Of a DNA stretch of 64,000 nt, positions 40,626-50,978 are shown piece by piece (within the stretch, counting starts at the first letter, position 1; every line of letters starts with the position of its first letter). The translations under genes were made by a program, and so were the position numbers. The notes under the pieces were generated by a model, which was not told the origin of the DNA, ran no database searches, and saw only the letters and a list, made by a program, of their open reading frames with translations. The DNA comes from Acidobacteriota bacterium (GTDB lineage: Bacteria > Acidobacteriota > UBA6911), in assembly GCA_963664705.1 (NCBI GenBank), contig OY761556.1, positions 3,968,001 to 4,032,000 of the forward strand, written 5' to 3'.

Positions 40626-42185
40626 ATGACTACTGAAGGAGTGCCGCAGGTAAACCGCTGGATCGTCTCGCTATCCGTTGTATTTGCCACCTTCATGGAA
40701 GTTTTAGACACAACGGTCGTCAATGTATCGCTGCCTCATATTGCTGGTTCCATGTCCTCCACCGTGGAAGAAGGAACATGGACACTGACCTCATACCTGG
40801 TGGCCAACGCCATTATTCTGCCGATGACCGGGTGGCTGGCACAGCAATTCGGACGCAAGCGGCTGCTTATGATGGCCATCACCGGATTCACCATTGCTTC
40901 CTTTGTATGCGGCCTGGCTCCAAACCTTGCGACGCTCATTATCTTCCGCATCATTCAGGGGGCAGCCGGCGGAACCATGCAGCCGTTGTCCCAAGCCATC
41001 ATGCTGGAGGCCTTCCCTCCTGAAGAACGCGGCAAAGCGATGGCTGCGTGGGCAGTCTGCATTGTGACGGCACCCATACTTGGACCGGTGGTGGGCGGCT
41101 GGCTCACCGACACCTATAGCTGGCGCTGGGTTTTCTACATCAATATACCGGTAGGCGTTATCTCGTTGATAATGGCAAAGCTGTATGTTTTCGATCCGCC
41201 ATATCTTCGCAAGAAGGCCCAATCCATCGATTATTGGGGTATCGGACTGCTGGCGCTCGGAATGGCCGCACTTCAGATCATGCTCGATAAAGGACAGCAG
41301 GAAGACTGGTTTACCTCAGATTTCATCACGACGCTGGCGATTGTTACCGTGATAATGCTGGTTTCCTTTGTCATTTATGAAATCTACGCCAAAAATCCCA
41401 TCATCCATCTCAGAGTCTTCAAGGATCGTACCTATGCCATTGGCGTTTTGGTTATGACGACCGTGGGATTCGTGCTTTATGGCAGCCTGGTATTACTGCC
41501 GATCATCCTTCAGACCCTTCTCGGATACCCGGCCCTGGAATCGGGTATTGCCATGGCTCCAAGAGGAATAGGCTCTCTCTGTTGTACCCCCATTGTGGGA
41601 CTGGTGATTAATCGGGTGGGAGCGCGAAAAATCCTTGCCACAGGCATCGTTATTTGCGCGTTCACCTTGTTCTGGTTCGGATTTCTGAATCTGAATGCCG
41701 GATATTGGGACTTCTTCTGGCCTCAATTCATTCAGGGTCTCTCCATGAGCATGCTTTTTGTGCCGATGACAACCATTACGATGGACAGAATTCCCAAAGA
41801 GGAAATGGGAAATGCCACCAGCATTTTTAACCTCATGAGGAACATCGGTGGAAGCATTGGGATTGCATCGGCGGCTACACTGCTGGAACGTCATCGTCAA
41901 ATGTATACCAATACCCTGGGTACTCATGTGACGCCCTACGCACTCAAAACACAGGAGATGATGAACCAGATCCGCGGAGCGATGATAGCCGGCGGAGCCG
42001 ATGCGGTCACCGCAACCCAGAAGGCTAACGCGATGCTTTTTGGCATGGTTCAACGCCAGGCAACCATGCTTTCGTTCCTGGATCTGATGAAGATTTTCGG
42101 AGGACTTTTTGTACTGATTCTTCCCATCATTTACTTTGCACGACCGCCACAATCCAGAAGTGGCCCGGGCCCTGGCGCACACTAA
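40626..42185 (+). CDS. DHA2 (EmrB/QacA) MFS efflux permease
   Basis: MEVLDTTVVNVSLPHIAG, W.LTSYLVANAI, RNIGGSIGIA; about 14 TMs. Confidence 0.95.
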   Translation: MTTEGVPQVNRWIVSLSVVFATFMEVLDTTVVNVSLPHIAGSMSSTVEEGTWTLTSYLVANAIILPMTGWLAQQFGRKRLLMMAITGFTIASFVCGLAPNLATLIIFRIIQGAAGGTMQPLSQAIMLEAFPPEERGKAMAAWAVCIVTAPILGPVVGGWLTDTYSWRWVFYINIPVGVISLIMAKLYVFDPPYLRKKAQSIDYWGIGLLALGMAALQIMLDKGQQEDWFTSDFITTLAIVTVIMLVSFVIYEIYAKNPIIHLRVFKDRTYAIGVLVMTTVGFVLYGSLVLLPIILQTLLGYPALESGIAMAPRGIGSLCCTPIVGLVINRVGARKILATGIVICAFTLFWFGFLNLNAGYWDFFWPQFIQGLSMSMLFVPMTTITMDRIPKEEMGNATSIFNLMRNIGGSIGIASAATLLERHRQMYTNTLGTHVTPYALKTQEMMNQIRGAMIAGGADAVTATQKANAMLFGMVQRQATMLSFLDLMKIFGGLFVLILPIIYFARPPQSRSGPGPGAH

Positions 42186-42239
42186 GGGCCTGTCCGGGAA
42201 TTAGGATTGCGCTTAGGCAGGCAAATCAAACCGGGAGCT

Positions 42240-43025
42240 TTACAATTCAATCTGCCCCGTCAGGAATGGGCGAGCCTGACCCGATATCCGCACACGATTC
42301 CCCTCCAGACGGCAGAGCAGCGATCCACGCCTCTTTGAAAGCTGCATCGCCTTGAGTTCATTCTTTCCCAGGCGTCCTGCCCAATAGGGGGTCAGGGTCG
42401 TATGGGCGGAGCCGGTGACGGGATCTTCCGGAATTCCGCTCTGCGGCGCAAAAAATCGCGAGACAAAATCTATGTCGCGGTAGCCCGGAGCAGTCACAAT
42501 TACGCCTCTGGCTTCGACAACGGCAACGCGCAGCATATCCGGTTTCATGGTTTCAACCTGCGCCGACGTTGAGTACACCAGCATATAGTCGGTTCTGCCC
42601 TTGTATATTTCGAGCGGAGCCAATCCGAGCGCCTCTATCAGGCCCGCCGGGGCATCGCTTTTTTCAAATTGATCGACCGGAAAATCCAAAGTCAGAAAAT
42701 CGTCTTCTTTGAGGACACGCAATATTCCGCTTCGGGAATCAAGCTCGATACAGCGGCCGGGAAATTGTTCAATGTTAAATATGACATAGGCCGTTGCCAG
42801 CGTTGCATGCCCGCATAAATCCACCTCCGTTTCCGGTGTAAACCAGCGGATAGCGAACCGCTCCGCGGACTTGACGTAAAAAGCCGTCTCCGCCAGGTTA
42901 TTTTCCATGGCTATCTGCTGCATCAGGGCATCTGGAAGCCACTCATCAAGAGGACAAACAGCCGCGGGATTCCCTCCAAAAACTCTATCCGTAAACGCAT
43001 CCACCTGATACATCCTCAATCTCAC
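42240..43025 (-). CDS. PhzF-family epimerase/isomerase
   Basis: QVDAFT..FGGNPAAV, AETAF, EVDLCGHATLA, EDPVTGSAH. Confidence 0.95.
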   Translation of the reverse strand: MRLRMYQVDAFTDRVFGGNPAAVCPLDEWLPDALMQQIAMENNLAETAFYVKSAERFAIRWFTPETEVDLCGHATLATAYVIFNIEQFPGRCIELDSRSGILRVLKEDDFLTLDFPVDQFEKSDAPAGLIEALGLAPLEIYKGRTDYMLVYSTSAQVETMKPDMLRVAVVEARGVIVTAPGYRDIDFVSRFFAPQSGIPEDPVTGSAHTTLTPYWAGRLGKNELKAMQLSKRRGSLLCRLEGNRVRISGQARPFLTGQIEL

Positions 43026-43232
43026 ATTCCCTCCCAAAGCCTGGGCCCGACCCAGCAAAATCTTTCTGAATCAACAACATACCACCAAAATATTCACAAA
43101 AACATGTCCTAGCCGCATTTTGGAGCCTTGTTTTCGGCAAACAAGCCTGACATTTTTCGATTCACTCCCGGGCAAGGGCAATTACCCTGGCTGAGTTTGG
43201 ATCGGTCCGACCCCGATATTATAATGACTAAG

Positions 43233-44018
43233 ATGAGATGGGACCGACTGCTGATGACCGCGGGCTTTCTCGCGCTCTTGTATTACGGGGGCAATGTACT
43301 CTACACCTGCTCTTACCAGTCATTTGAACAGTACTCCTTTGACCAGCAGCTCAAGGGACGAACGCCTTCGATTCCCGGATTTGCCTCGCGTTTGCTAGGC
43401 CTGGGAAATGCTCCGGCGGTTCGAATGCCTTCCGAATCCGCCGAAGGAGAAAACATCCTTCAGGGCGCAGTCCTGGCCCCCATGGCAGCGCCTGTGGATA
43501 AAGGTTGGACAGAGGAGCGCCTTCGAGCCTTTAAGGCAGCGACACCGCCATTGCCCCAATCGGTCCTGGGTCGGCTCGAGATACCCTCGCTGGATCTATC
43601 TGTCATGCTGCTGCAGGGAACCGATGACCGGACGCTGAATCGAGCCGTTGGTCATATAGAAGGAACGGCATTTCCAGGCCAGTCCGGAAACATTGGCATC
43701 GCGGGACACCGGGACGGGTTCTTCCGTCCACTGAAAGACATCTCTCAAAACGCAATAATTACACTGACAACACTAAAGGGACGTTTTTTCTATCGCGTTA
43801 AGGCTATCAATATTGTCACCCCCACCGATGTTCGACTGCTGGCCCCAACAGCCCGCCCTTCCGTTACCCTGGTTACCTGCTATCCATTTCACTTTGTCGG
43901 GGACGCGCCGAAGCGGTATGTGGTCACCGCGGAAATATTCAAAATACAAGGGGCGACCGCGATAGCCGCGGAATATAACGAGACCCGCCTGCCATCCCCT
44001 AAAATGCATCTCCCCTGA
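43233..44018 (+). CDS. Class D sortase
   Basis: N-terminal TM; IAGHRDGFF, TLVTCYPF and PKRYVV give the His-Cys-Arg triad. Start uncertain (43224 or 43233). Confidence 0.9.
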   Translation: MRWDRLLMTAGFLALLYYGGNVLYTCSYQSFEQYSFDQQLKGRTPSIPGFASRLLGLGNAPAVRMPSESAEGENILQGAVLAPMAAPVDKGWTEERLRAFKAATPPLPQSVLGRLEIPSLDLSVMLLQGTDDRTLNRAVGHIEGTAFPGQSGNIGIAGHRDGFFRPLKDISQNAIITLTTLKGRFFYRVKAINIVTPTDVRLLAPTARPSVTLVTCYPFHFVGDAPKRYVVTAEIFKIQGATAIAAEYNETRLPSPKMHLP

Positions 44019-44116
44019 ACACTGCTCGACGCAAGGGAATCCAATCAGTCAGGAGGTGTGACGCCGACCGGCTCAATGGCTCGGCATGGATTGTTTTTTC
44101 ATCTATGGGAGTTTGT

Positions 44117-44683
44117 ATGCAAAGAGTGCTATTCGGTTTTCTCTTCCTTTTGGCGATTCCTTTGGTGGCGGCGGCTCAGACGGAGTATCCGCCGGTCGAG
44201 GTTTTTGGTGGTTATTCCTACCTGCGCGCGAACCCGGAAGGTTTTAACCTCAACGGATGGAACGCCTCGGTTACCGGCAATATCACGGACTGGTTCGGCA
44301 TTGAGGGGGATATTAGCGGCCATTACGGGCATTTCAAAGATGCATTCGGCAGCATTCCCAACATCAAAATCGACCATCACACATTCATGGTCGGCCCCAA
44401 GCTTTCCTATAGAGCGGGCTCTATCACTCCGTTTGCGCATTTTCTCATCGGAACGGCACGGGCCAGCTCTCGCGAAGTTGGATTTGGATCCACTTCCGAC
44501 TGGGCACTGGCAACAGTTATTGGAGCCGGTGTAGATATTGATATTTCAAAATCCGTTGCAGTACGTGTTGCCCAGGCAGACTGGCTGATGACTCGTTTTG
44601 ATACCGGCAACTATTACCGGGATGACCGCCAGAATAATTTCCGGTTTTCGGCAGGAATTGTTTTGAAACTGGGATCGCGGTAA
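44117..44683 (+). CDS. Small outer membrane beta-barrel protein
   Basis: Signal peptide; VEVFGGYSY, GAGVDI, and QNNFRFSAGIV terminal strand. Confidence 0.85.
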   Translation: MQRVLFGFLFLLAIPLVAAAQTEYPPVEVFGGYSYLRANPEGFNLNGWNASVTGNITDWFGIEGDISGHYGHFKDAFGSIPNIKIDHHTFMVGPKLSYRAGSITPFAHFLIGTARASSREVGFGSTSDWALATVIGAGVDIDISKSVAVRVAQADWLMTRFDTGNYYRDDRQNNFRFSAGIVLKLGSR

Positions 44684-44691
44684 CTCAACAC

Positions 44692-44731
44692 TGTGGAATT
44701 GGCGGCGCAGTCTTGCGCCGCCAATTCCACA
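44692..44731. terminator. Perfect 18-bp-stem hairpin between convergent genes
   Basis: TGTGGAATTGGCGGCGCA-gtct-TGCGCCGCCAATTCCACA. Confidence 0.8.
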
Positions 44732-44734
44732 TCC

Positions 44735-45412
44735 CTATAACAGCGGCTTCAAAATCCTCCACACATTTTCCACGACAATGTCATAGCCTTCCGGAGTCGG
44801 GTGAATTCCATCTTCCTGGTTAAGCTCAACATGCCCCCCCACACCTTCCAGGAAAAATGGGATGAGTGGGACCTTCCGTTTCTGCGCTACCATCGGAAAG
44901 ATTCCGCGAAAAGCCCCCGCAAACTGCGGTCCATAATTGGGAGGGACCTGCATCCCGGCCAGCACAACTTTTGCGCCCGTCGACTGCAGATTATCGACGA
45001 TATCCATGAGATTCTGGCTGGTTGCAGCCACGGGCATTCCGCGCAAGCCGTCATTGGCTCCGAACTCGACAATGACAATGGCCGGATGAAGCGCCACGAC
45101 CGACTGGATGCGGGCAAGGCCTTGAGAGGAGGTTTCACCGCTCACCCCCGCATTAATAACCCGGTATCGATACCCGGCCGCGTCAATTTTGGTCTGAAGC
45201 TTTGCCGGATAGTTGTCTTCGGAAGGCACGCCTGCCCCTGCCGTGAGACTGTCACCGAAGGCAACTATAGCCGGGCGCGTGTCCGTTTCCGGAAGCGCCG
45301 TCGGCGCAGGCATTGCGCCCGCTTCCTTCTTCCCGTCATTCCTGGACCCGCAGCTGCAGCAGGCGAACAACAACAAGGCAATGGAAATATTCCGGATCAC
45401 TTCAGGCTCCAT
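44735..45412 (-). CDS. SGNH/GDSL arylesterase (TesA-like), probable lipoprotein
   Basis: FGDSLTAG, NAGVSG, GANDG, DGIHP; Cys-containing lipobox-like N-terminus. Confidence 0.93.
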   Translation of the reverse strand: MEPEVIRNISIALLLFACCSCGSRNDGKKEAGAMPAPTALPETDTRPAIVAFGDSLTAGAGVPSEDNYPAKLQTKIDAAGYRYRVINAGVSGETSSQGLARIQSVVALHPAIVIVEFGANDGLRGMPVAATSQNLMDIVDNLQSTGAKVVLAGMQVPPNYGPQFAGAFRGIFPMVAQKRKVPLIPFFLEGVGGHVELNQEDGIHPTPEGYDIVVENVWRILKPLL

Positions 45413-45496
45413 ATCCGTCCACTAAATTCGGGCTTCGTGCCTCTAACTTCTAGTATAGACTAACAGGATTGCATGTTCTTGCTGGGAGAACCAGGA

Positions 45497-46195
45497 ATGA
45501 TTGAAATAAGAAATCTCACCAAAACCTTCACTTCGGGTTCCTATACGCTGGAAATCCTGAAGGGCATCGACCTTACGATCGCAAAAGGAGAAGTTCTTGC
45601 CATTGAAGGTCCTTCCGGCAGTGGAAAAAGCACTCTTCTCGGCCTGTTGGCCGGATTCGATTCTCCCACGACCGGATCCATTCGAATTGACGGAGAAGAG
45701 ATTACCAGCCTGAGCGAAGACCAGCTTGCCCTTTTACGAGGCAGAAAGCTGGGCTTTGTCTTCCAGTCCTATAATCTTATCCCGACTCTTACCGCAGAGG
45801 AAAACATCCTCCTTCCAATGGAGCTGCGCGGCAATATTGCGAACATGCAAACCCGGGCAGGGGACCTGCTCGCCGCCGTCGGACTCGAATCCCGCGCCTC
45901 CCACTATCCGGCGCAGTTGTCCGGAGGGGAGCAGCAGCGTATAGCGCTGGCAAGAGCATTCGCCTGCAGCCCTTCCCTGCTGCTCGCCGATGAGCCAACT
46001 GGAAACCTGGACAGTGCGACCGGAAGCCTCGTCCTGGAAATGCTGCTGCAGCTCAATCGCCGCAGCGGAGCCACGCTGGTTATCGTCACGCATGATCGTA
46101 CTCTCAGCGAACTCACGGACCGGATTGTCTTTCTCCGCGACGGCAGGATAATCGATGAACAGGTTCCACCACACGCGTCGCGGAGGCCATCATGA
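45497..46195 (+). CDS. ABC transporter ATP-binding protein (YbbA/LolD-like)
   Basis: GPSGSGKST, LSGGEQQR, ADEPTGNLD; divergent from the TesA-like gene. Confidence 0.94.
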   Translation: MIEIRNLTKTFTSGSYTLEILKGIDLTIAKGEVLAIEGPSGSGKSTLLGLLAGFDSPTTGSIRIDGEEITSLSEDQLALLRGRKLGFVFQSYNLIPTLTAEENILLPMELRGNIANMQTRAGDLLAAVGLESRASHYPAQLSGGEQQRIALARAFACSPSLLLADEPTGNLDSATGSLVLEMLLQLNRRSGATLVIVTHDRTLSELTDRIVFLRDGRIIDEQVPPHASRRPS

Positions 46196-48720
46196 AATTT
46201 GAAATCCGGATGGCCTGGCGCGAAACCCGTCCAGCCTGGAAGCGCTTTTTGTTTGTTATCGCCGCGATAGCTCTGGGAGTTGCCGTATTGACAGGGCTCA
46301 AAGGCTTCAGCAAAGGACTGAACCGGTCCATTTACGAATCAGCCCGGGAACTGATTGCGGCCGATATGGTCGTCCGATTGAATTCCCTCCCCCGGCAAAA
46401 TGATATTCAGATTCTGGAATCGCTGGCGCGGCAAGGCGCCCGGCTGACTCGCATTACGGAAACTCTTTCCATGGTTTCACCCGTGAAAACGGCTGCTCCC
46501 GTTTTGTCGGACCTCAGAGCTGTGGATCCAAATTCCTATCCATTTTACGGAACAGTCGAACTGGAACCGCAGGCTCCTTTAAAACAGGCCCTGACCGATA
46601 GCAGCGCGCTTGTCAGCCAGGACCTGCTCGTACGCTGCGGCATCGCGGTTGGAGATGAAATCCAGGTAGGCTCGATACGCCTGCGCATTGCAGCCATTCT
46701 CAAATCGGAACCTGACAGAATCGGCGTGGGAATCGACCTCGGCCCGCGCATCCTGATCACTCGTACGGCGCTGGAGCGCAGCGGGCTCATCCAGTTTGGC
46801 AGTCGCGCTTCCGAGTCTTTTCTGTACCGCCTCCCCGCAAAAGGACTCCAGTTGGAGGAAGCGAAGAAGATTATTGCTTCCGGCATCAAACGACGTGTTC
46901 GCATTACGGATTATCGGGACCCGAATCCTTCGGTTACACGCGGCCTGGAGCGGGCAGCGAATTTCCTCAGCCTGATCGGTCTGCTATCACTGCTGGTAGG
47001 CGGACTTGGGGTTTATACAACCATTCGCACCTACCTGGACCAGAAACTTGACAGCATCGCCGTTATCAAGTGCATCGGCGGTCGGTCGAGCCAGATCATT
47101 CGGATCTACCTGCTGCAGGGACTGGCGCTAGGAGTCCTGGGAAGCGCGATCGGTACCGGGCTGGGCTATTTCGTGCAGCTGCTCCTTCCCAAACTGCTCA
47201 ATGGCCTCATTGATTTGCCGGCAAATCTGGAACTCGCACCCGGCGCGGCCTTCCAGGGCTTTGCCATTGGCGTCTTTACAACGCTGCTATTCCTGCTGCC
47301 ACCGCTGCTTGCAATTAGGAGAGTCCGTCCGATGAGGGTTTTCCTGCGTGAAATGCCCGCGGCCAGATGGGAGTTTTTGAAGAGAATGAAGGAAGATCCA
47401 TTGCCGGCCTTATCCGGAATAATCCTGGTGGGCGGCATCGGATTGGCAGCCAGTTGGCTCGCGGAATCCCTGCGCTGGGGCTTTGCTTTTCTTGCCGCAC
47501 TGGCCGGCTGCATTCTCGTCCTTGCGGCAACAGCCAGGACTCTTCTGGCACTGCTAAAAAGAGTCCCGCGCCTCCCATCCATTGCACTGCGCCACGGCAT
47601 AAAAAACCTGAACCGGCCCGGAACTCATTCTACAAGCATCATGGCCACCCTGGGACTGGGAGTGGCTTTCATCCTCACCATCTATTTTATACAAACTTCG
47701 CTGATATCTCAGATACTGAAGGGCGCCCCAGGCGACTTCCCCAATGTCATTTTGCTCGGAGTGACGGAGAGGGACCGGCAGCCTGTTTCGGAATACCTGC
47801 ATCAACAAAAAGACATCGAATCCGTGACATTGTTTCCCTCTATTTCATCGCGATTGCTCCGTATCAATGGCCATCCGCCGGAGCAGACTGAGGAAAACCA
47901 GGAAGAACGTCGATACCACCAGATAGAATTCACGCTTACCTGGAGTGAGTCCATCCCGGCAGATACCAGGGTTATCGAGGGACAATGGTGGCACCCGCCC
48001 TACAATACGCCTTTGATTTCAGTGGGAGAAAATGCCGTAAGACATCTGAAAATCCGCACCGGCGATATTCTTCAATTCGACGTCGCAGGATCCATCGTGC
48101 AGGGCAAGGTCGCGAACATCCGGGAGACCGAATTTTCACGGCCGGGAACAGGCAATCAATTCATCTTCTCCCCGGGATGTCTTAACGGCCTGCCTACCAC
48201 CTATATTGGCGGCCTGCGATTGCCGGCAAACCGCGTGGCCGAATTTCAGGGTTCCTTTTTCCGCCAGTTTCCCACCGTGACCTCCATCGATGTCGGACAG
48301 GTTTTGATACGTGTCCAGGATCTCTTAAATAAAGTATCGCTCGTCATTCGCTTTGTTGCCCTGTTCGCTATCGCATCCGGCATCATCATTCTGGCAGCCG
48401 GCGTGGTTTCAACCCGGCACCAGAGAATACGTGAGGTTGTTCTGCTGAAGACGCTTGGCGCAACGAGCCACCAGGTTGTACGAATACAGTCTGCCGAATT
48501 CCTGATCCTGGGTTCGGCAGCGGGTTTTGTCGGAGGCATTCTTGCAGGGATCGCCGCCCACTATCTTCTGGGCAGGCTATTGAAAACAGATTTCTCTTTC
48601 CAATGGATCCCATTTTTCGGAGCAATTGTTGCCACTGCAGGCCTTGCCATCGTAACCGGATGGATTGCGAGCCGCGGAGTGCTCCATCACAAACCGCTCG
48701 AGACTCTCAGGGAGAATTAA
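46192..48720 (+). CDS. ABC permease with two FtsX domains (YbbP-like)
   Basis: 842 aa; AVIKCIG and LLKTLGA repeats; YPFYG motif. Confidence 0.92.
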   Translation: MKFEIRMAWRETRPAWKRFLFVIAAIALGVAVLTGLKGFSKGLNRSIYESARELIAADMVVRLNSLPRQNDIQILESLARQGARLTRITETLSMVSPVKTAAPVLSDLRAVDPNSYPFYGTVELEPQAPLKQALTDSSALVSQDLLVRCGIAVGDEIQVGSIRLRIAAILKSEPDRIGVGIDLGPRILITRTALERSGLIQFGSRASESFLYRLPAKGLQLEEAKKIIASGIKRRVRITDYRDPNPSVTRGLERAANFLSLIGLLSLLVGGLGVYTTIRTYLDQKLDSIAVIKCIGGRSSQIIRIYLLQGLALGVLGSAIGTGLGYFVQLLLPKLLNGLIDLPANLELAPGAAFQGFAIGVFTTLLFLLPPLLAIRRVRPMRVFLREMPAARWEFLKRMKEDPLPALSGIILVGGIGLAASWLAESLRWGFAFLAALAGCILVLAATARTLLALLKRVPRLPSIALRHGIKNLNRPGTHSTSIMATLGLGVAFILTIYFIQTSLISQILKGAPGDFPNVILLGVTERDRQPVSEYLHQQKDIESVTLFPSISSRLLRINGHPPEQTEENQEERRYHQIEFTLTWSESIPADTRVIEGQWWHPPYNTPLISVGENAVRHLKIRTGDILQFDVAGSIVQGKVANIRETEFSRPGTGNQFIFSPGCLNGLPTTYIGGLRLPANRVAEFQGSFFRQFPTVTSIDVGQVLIRVQDLLNKVSLVIRFVALFAIASGIIILAAGVVSTRHQRIREVVLLKTLGATSHQVVRIQSAEFLILGSAAGFVGGILAGIAAHYLLGRLLKTDFSFQWIPFFGAIVATAGLAIVTGWIASRGVLHHKPLETLREN

Positions 48721-49014
48721 CCGCCCGCCGATTTCACCCATCCACTCCTCCCCGGCATTCTTAGTAATTCCCTCGTTTAGGTGACCATCGTCACTGTCTG
48801 GATTCGGCATTCCGATACGATATTCGATAACTGGACCAGTGGGATTCGGGACAGGGACCGGGAACAGATAGCGGGAAGGGGCAGCGCTCCACAGCCTCTC
48901 CACATTATTTCTCTAATCCTGATGTCCGCCCCCGGCGATATGGAACGAGGGGTTATATTCCCAAAATACAGGCAGCCGGAAAAATCGGCCCAGAAATCCG
49001 CATAGGTGGATTAT

Positions 49015-49554
49015 ATGCATAGATACAAAGTGTTAAAAAACAGCCAAGGCTTTTCCGTCACTGAGCTTCTCATCATTGTTGGCATGCTTGGGATAATGGC
49101 CAGTTTGTCGATTCCCATGCTTACGTCGAGCATGAAGGACCTGCAGCTGCTTTCTGATGCCCGCAGCATCGCCTCAAGTCTGTCTTATGCCAAACTCAGT
49201 GCCGCCTCCCAGATGACACGCTATCGATTTTCCGCCGATCTGGATTCAAATCAGTGGAGTATAGAAAAACGGAACCCGTCCAGTGGTACTTTTGAGATCC
49301 AGGGGCCCTCGAATGCTCTTGGCAACGGTGTTGCCGACAGCCATATCGAATTCAAGGCAACCTCAAGCCCTGCCCCAACCGGGTTTCCCACTACTTCGGC
49401 AACCACTGTTACGTTTAACTCTCGCGGCATTCCGACAGAGGGAGCCCGCGCGATCTACCTATCCAACCTGGATGCCAATTACGCTGTAACCGTATCCCTT
49501 TCCGGGAAAGTGCAATTGATGCGCTACAAGAACAGCGCATGGACTAATCAATAG
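49015..49554 (+). CDS. FimT/GspH-like minor pilin
   Basis: Prepilin site SQG|FSVTELL with Glu5 and a hydrophobic helix; VTFNSRG motif. Confidence 0.85.
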   Translation: MHRYKVLKNSQGFSVTELLIIVGMLGIMASLSIPMLTSSMKDLQLLSDARSIASSLSYAKLSAASQMTRYRFSADLDSNQWSIEKRNPSSGTFEIQGPSNALGNGVADSHIEFKATSSPAPTGFPTTSATTVTFNSRGIPTEGARAIYLSNLDANYAVTVSLSGKVQLMRYKNSAWTNQ

Positions 49555-49571
49555 GTCGCGGGGCACAGCCT

Positions 49572-50060
49572 ATGAAAAAAGCAATAAAGGAAGAGGCAGG
49601 AATATCGTTAGTGGAATCCTTGATCGCCATGGTGATCCTGTTGTTTGGACTCCTTGCAATGGCGCAGGTACTGGCCTTCTGTGTGGTGGGGAGCAAAACC
49701 TTTGGCAGGGATTCGGGAAAAACGACCGCTTCGGCACATGACAAAATGGAAGAACTATCCGGGCTTTCGTTTACAGATACAACAACGAACGTAACGGTAG
49801 CGCCACCCTATCCGGCAACTGGAACGGGATTGACTCAGGGAGGTAGCGTTTATCCTTCCTCTGTGGTTACCGGTTACGCCGATTATCTGAACGGCTCCGG
49901 AGCCAGAACAACAGCCTCTGGGGCCCTGTACAGGCGCCAGTGGCAAGTGATCAATAGTTCGGCTACCAGCAAAACCATTATCGTCTCGGTTACCAGCACC
50001 AAGAGTTTCAAAAATGGTACCGCCCCTACAACAGTGCTGGTAACACAGAAAACGCAATAG
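49572..50060 (+). CDS. PilV-like minor pilin
   Basis: EAG|ISLVESLIAMVIL; DKMEEL and YRRQWQV motifs. Confidence 0.87.
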   Translation: MKKAIKEEAGISLVESLIAMVILLFGLLAMAQVLAFCVVGSKTFGRDSGKTTASAHDKMEELSGLSFTDTTTNVTVAPPYPATGTGLTQGGSVYPSSVVTGYADYLNGSGARTTASGALYRRQWQVINSSATSKTIIVSVTSTKSFKNGTAPTTVLVTQKTQ

Positions 50061-50078
50061 GAAATCAAGGGGGAGGGA

Positions 50079-50978
50079 ATGAAACACCAGGCAGGTTCAA
50101 GAGAGGAATGCGGCTTCTCCGTAATGGAAATGCTCGTTTCAATATGCGTTCTCATCCCGGTCATGGGAGCCGCCGTAGGATTATTTTCACTGGGAGCCAA
50201 ACAGCATTCCACGGAACAGAGCAGCATCGATTCCAACCAGGAAATTCGAGCCGCCTTTGAAATGATGACAACGGAAATTGCGCAGGCAGGGTCTCATGGT
50301 GATCGAAGTACCACACTGTCTGCTGCCGTAAGCAGTTCCTCGAGCGCCCAGGCAGTTTCAGTGGGCGACGTCACAGGATTTGGGGTCGGAGACTATGTCG
50401 ATGTCGATACCGGCACCAATCACGAGCTCGTGGCACTGACGGCGGTGGGCACCGCTACCATCACCGGCGTTTTCCGCACGGCACACGCAGCCAATGTACC
50501 GGTTCGGCTATTTGCCGTCCCCTTCAGCACCGGAGTTTATTCCGCCGGTCTTGGCCCCAGCTCAACCCAAACGGGGACATCGCTTCGCTTCTTCGGAGAT
50601 ATCAACGGAGATGGAACCGTGCAGTACGTGGAATACATCTACAATTCGGGGACAAACCAGATAACCCGCTCGATTACCCCCGTAACGCAGGCCACGCGAA
50701 ATCCAGCCGTGGTTCTCGTCGGCAATGTTAAACCAAATTCCGTTCAGTTCTCCATCACGACGGACAGCCGTAGCATTGTGACTGCCGCCACGATAGCCAT
50801 GACTGCGCGCAGCACCGTAAAAAGCGGCAACAGCTTCCAGGATGTCGAACTGGGTTCCAGAATATCGATCCCAAGTGCCATGGCAGCCTCTGCACTTTTA
50901 TATGAGAACCAGCACTATGGCGGCTTCAACCACATTCCCCCGACTCCTGCCAAAGTCTCTCAATGGGTAACCTCATGA
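50079..50978 (+). CDS. PilW-like minor pilin
   Basis: ECG|FSVMEMLV; EIAQAG and GDINGDG motifs. Confidence 0.85.
   Translation: MKHQAGSREECGFSVMEMLVSICVLIPVMGAAVGLFSLGAKQHSTEQSSIDSNQEIRAAFEMMTTEIAQAGSHGDRSTTLSAAVSSSSSAQAVSVGDVTGFGVGDYVDVDTGTNHELVALTAVGTATITGVFRTAHAANVPVRLFAVPFSTGVYSAGLGPSSTQTGTSLRFFGDINGDGTVQYVEYIYNSGTNQITRSITPVTQATRNPAVVLVGNVKPNSVQFSITTDSRSIVTAATIAMTARSTVKSGNSFQDVELGSRISIPSAMAASALLYENQHYGGFNHIPPTPAKVSQWVTS

Noticed and set aside
45282-45296. LPETD in the TesA-like protein as a sortase signal
   Set aside because: It lies near the N-terminus with no following TM or basic tail.
48721-49014. Possible c-di-GMP riboswitch or sigma54 promoter upstream of the pilin cassette
   Set aside because: No GEMM-type consensus recognised, and TGGAACGAGGGGTTAT lacks the -12 GC.
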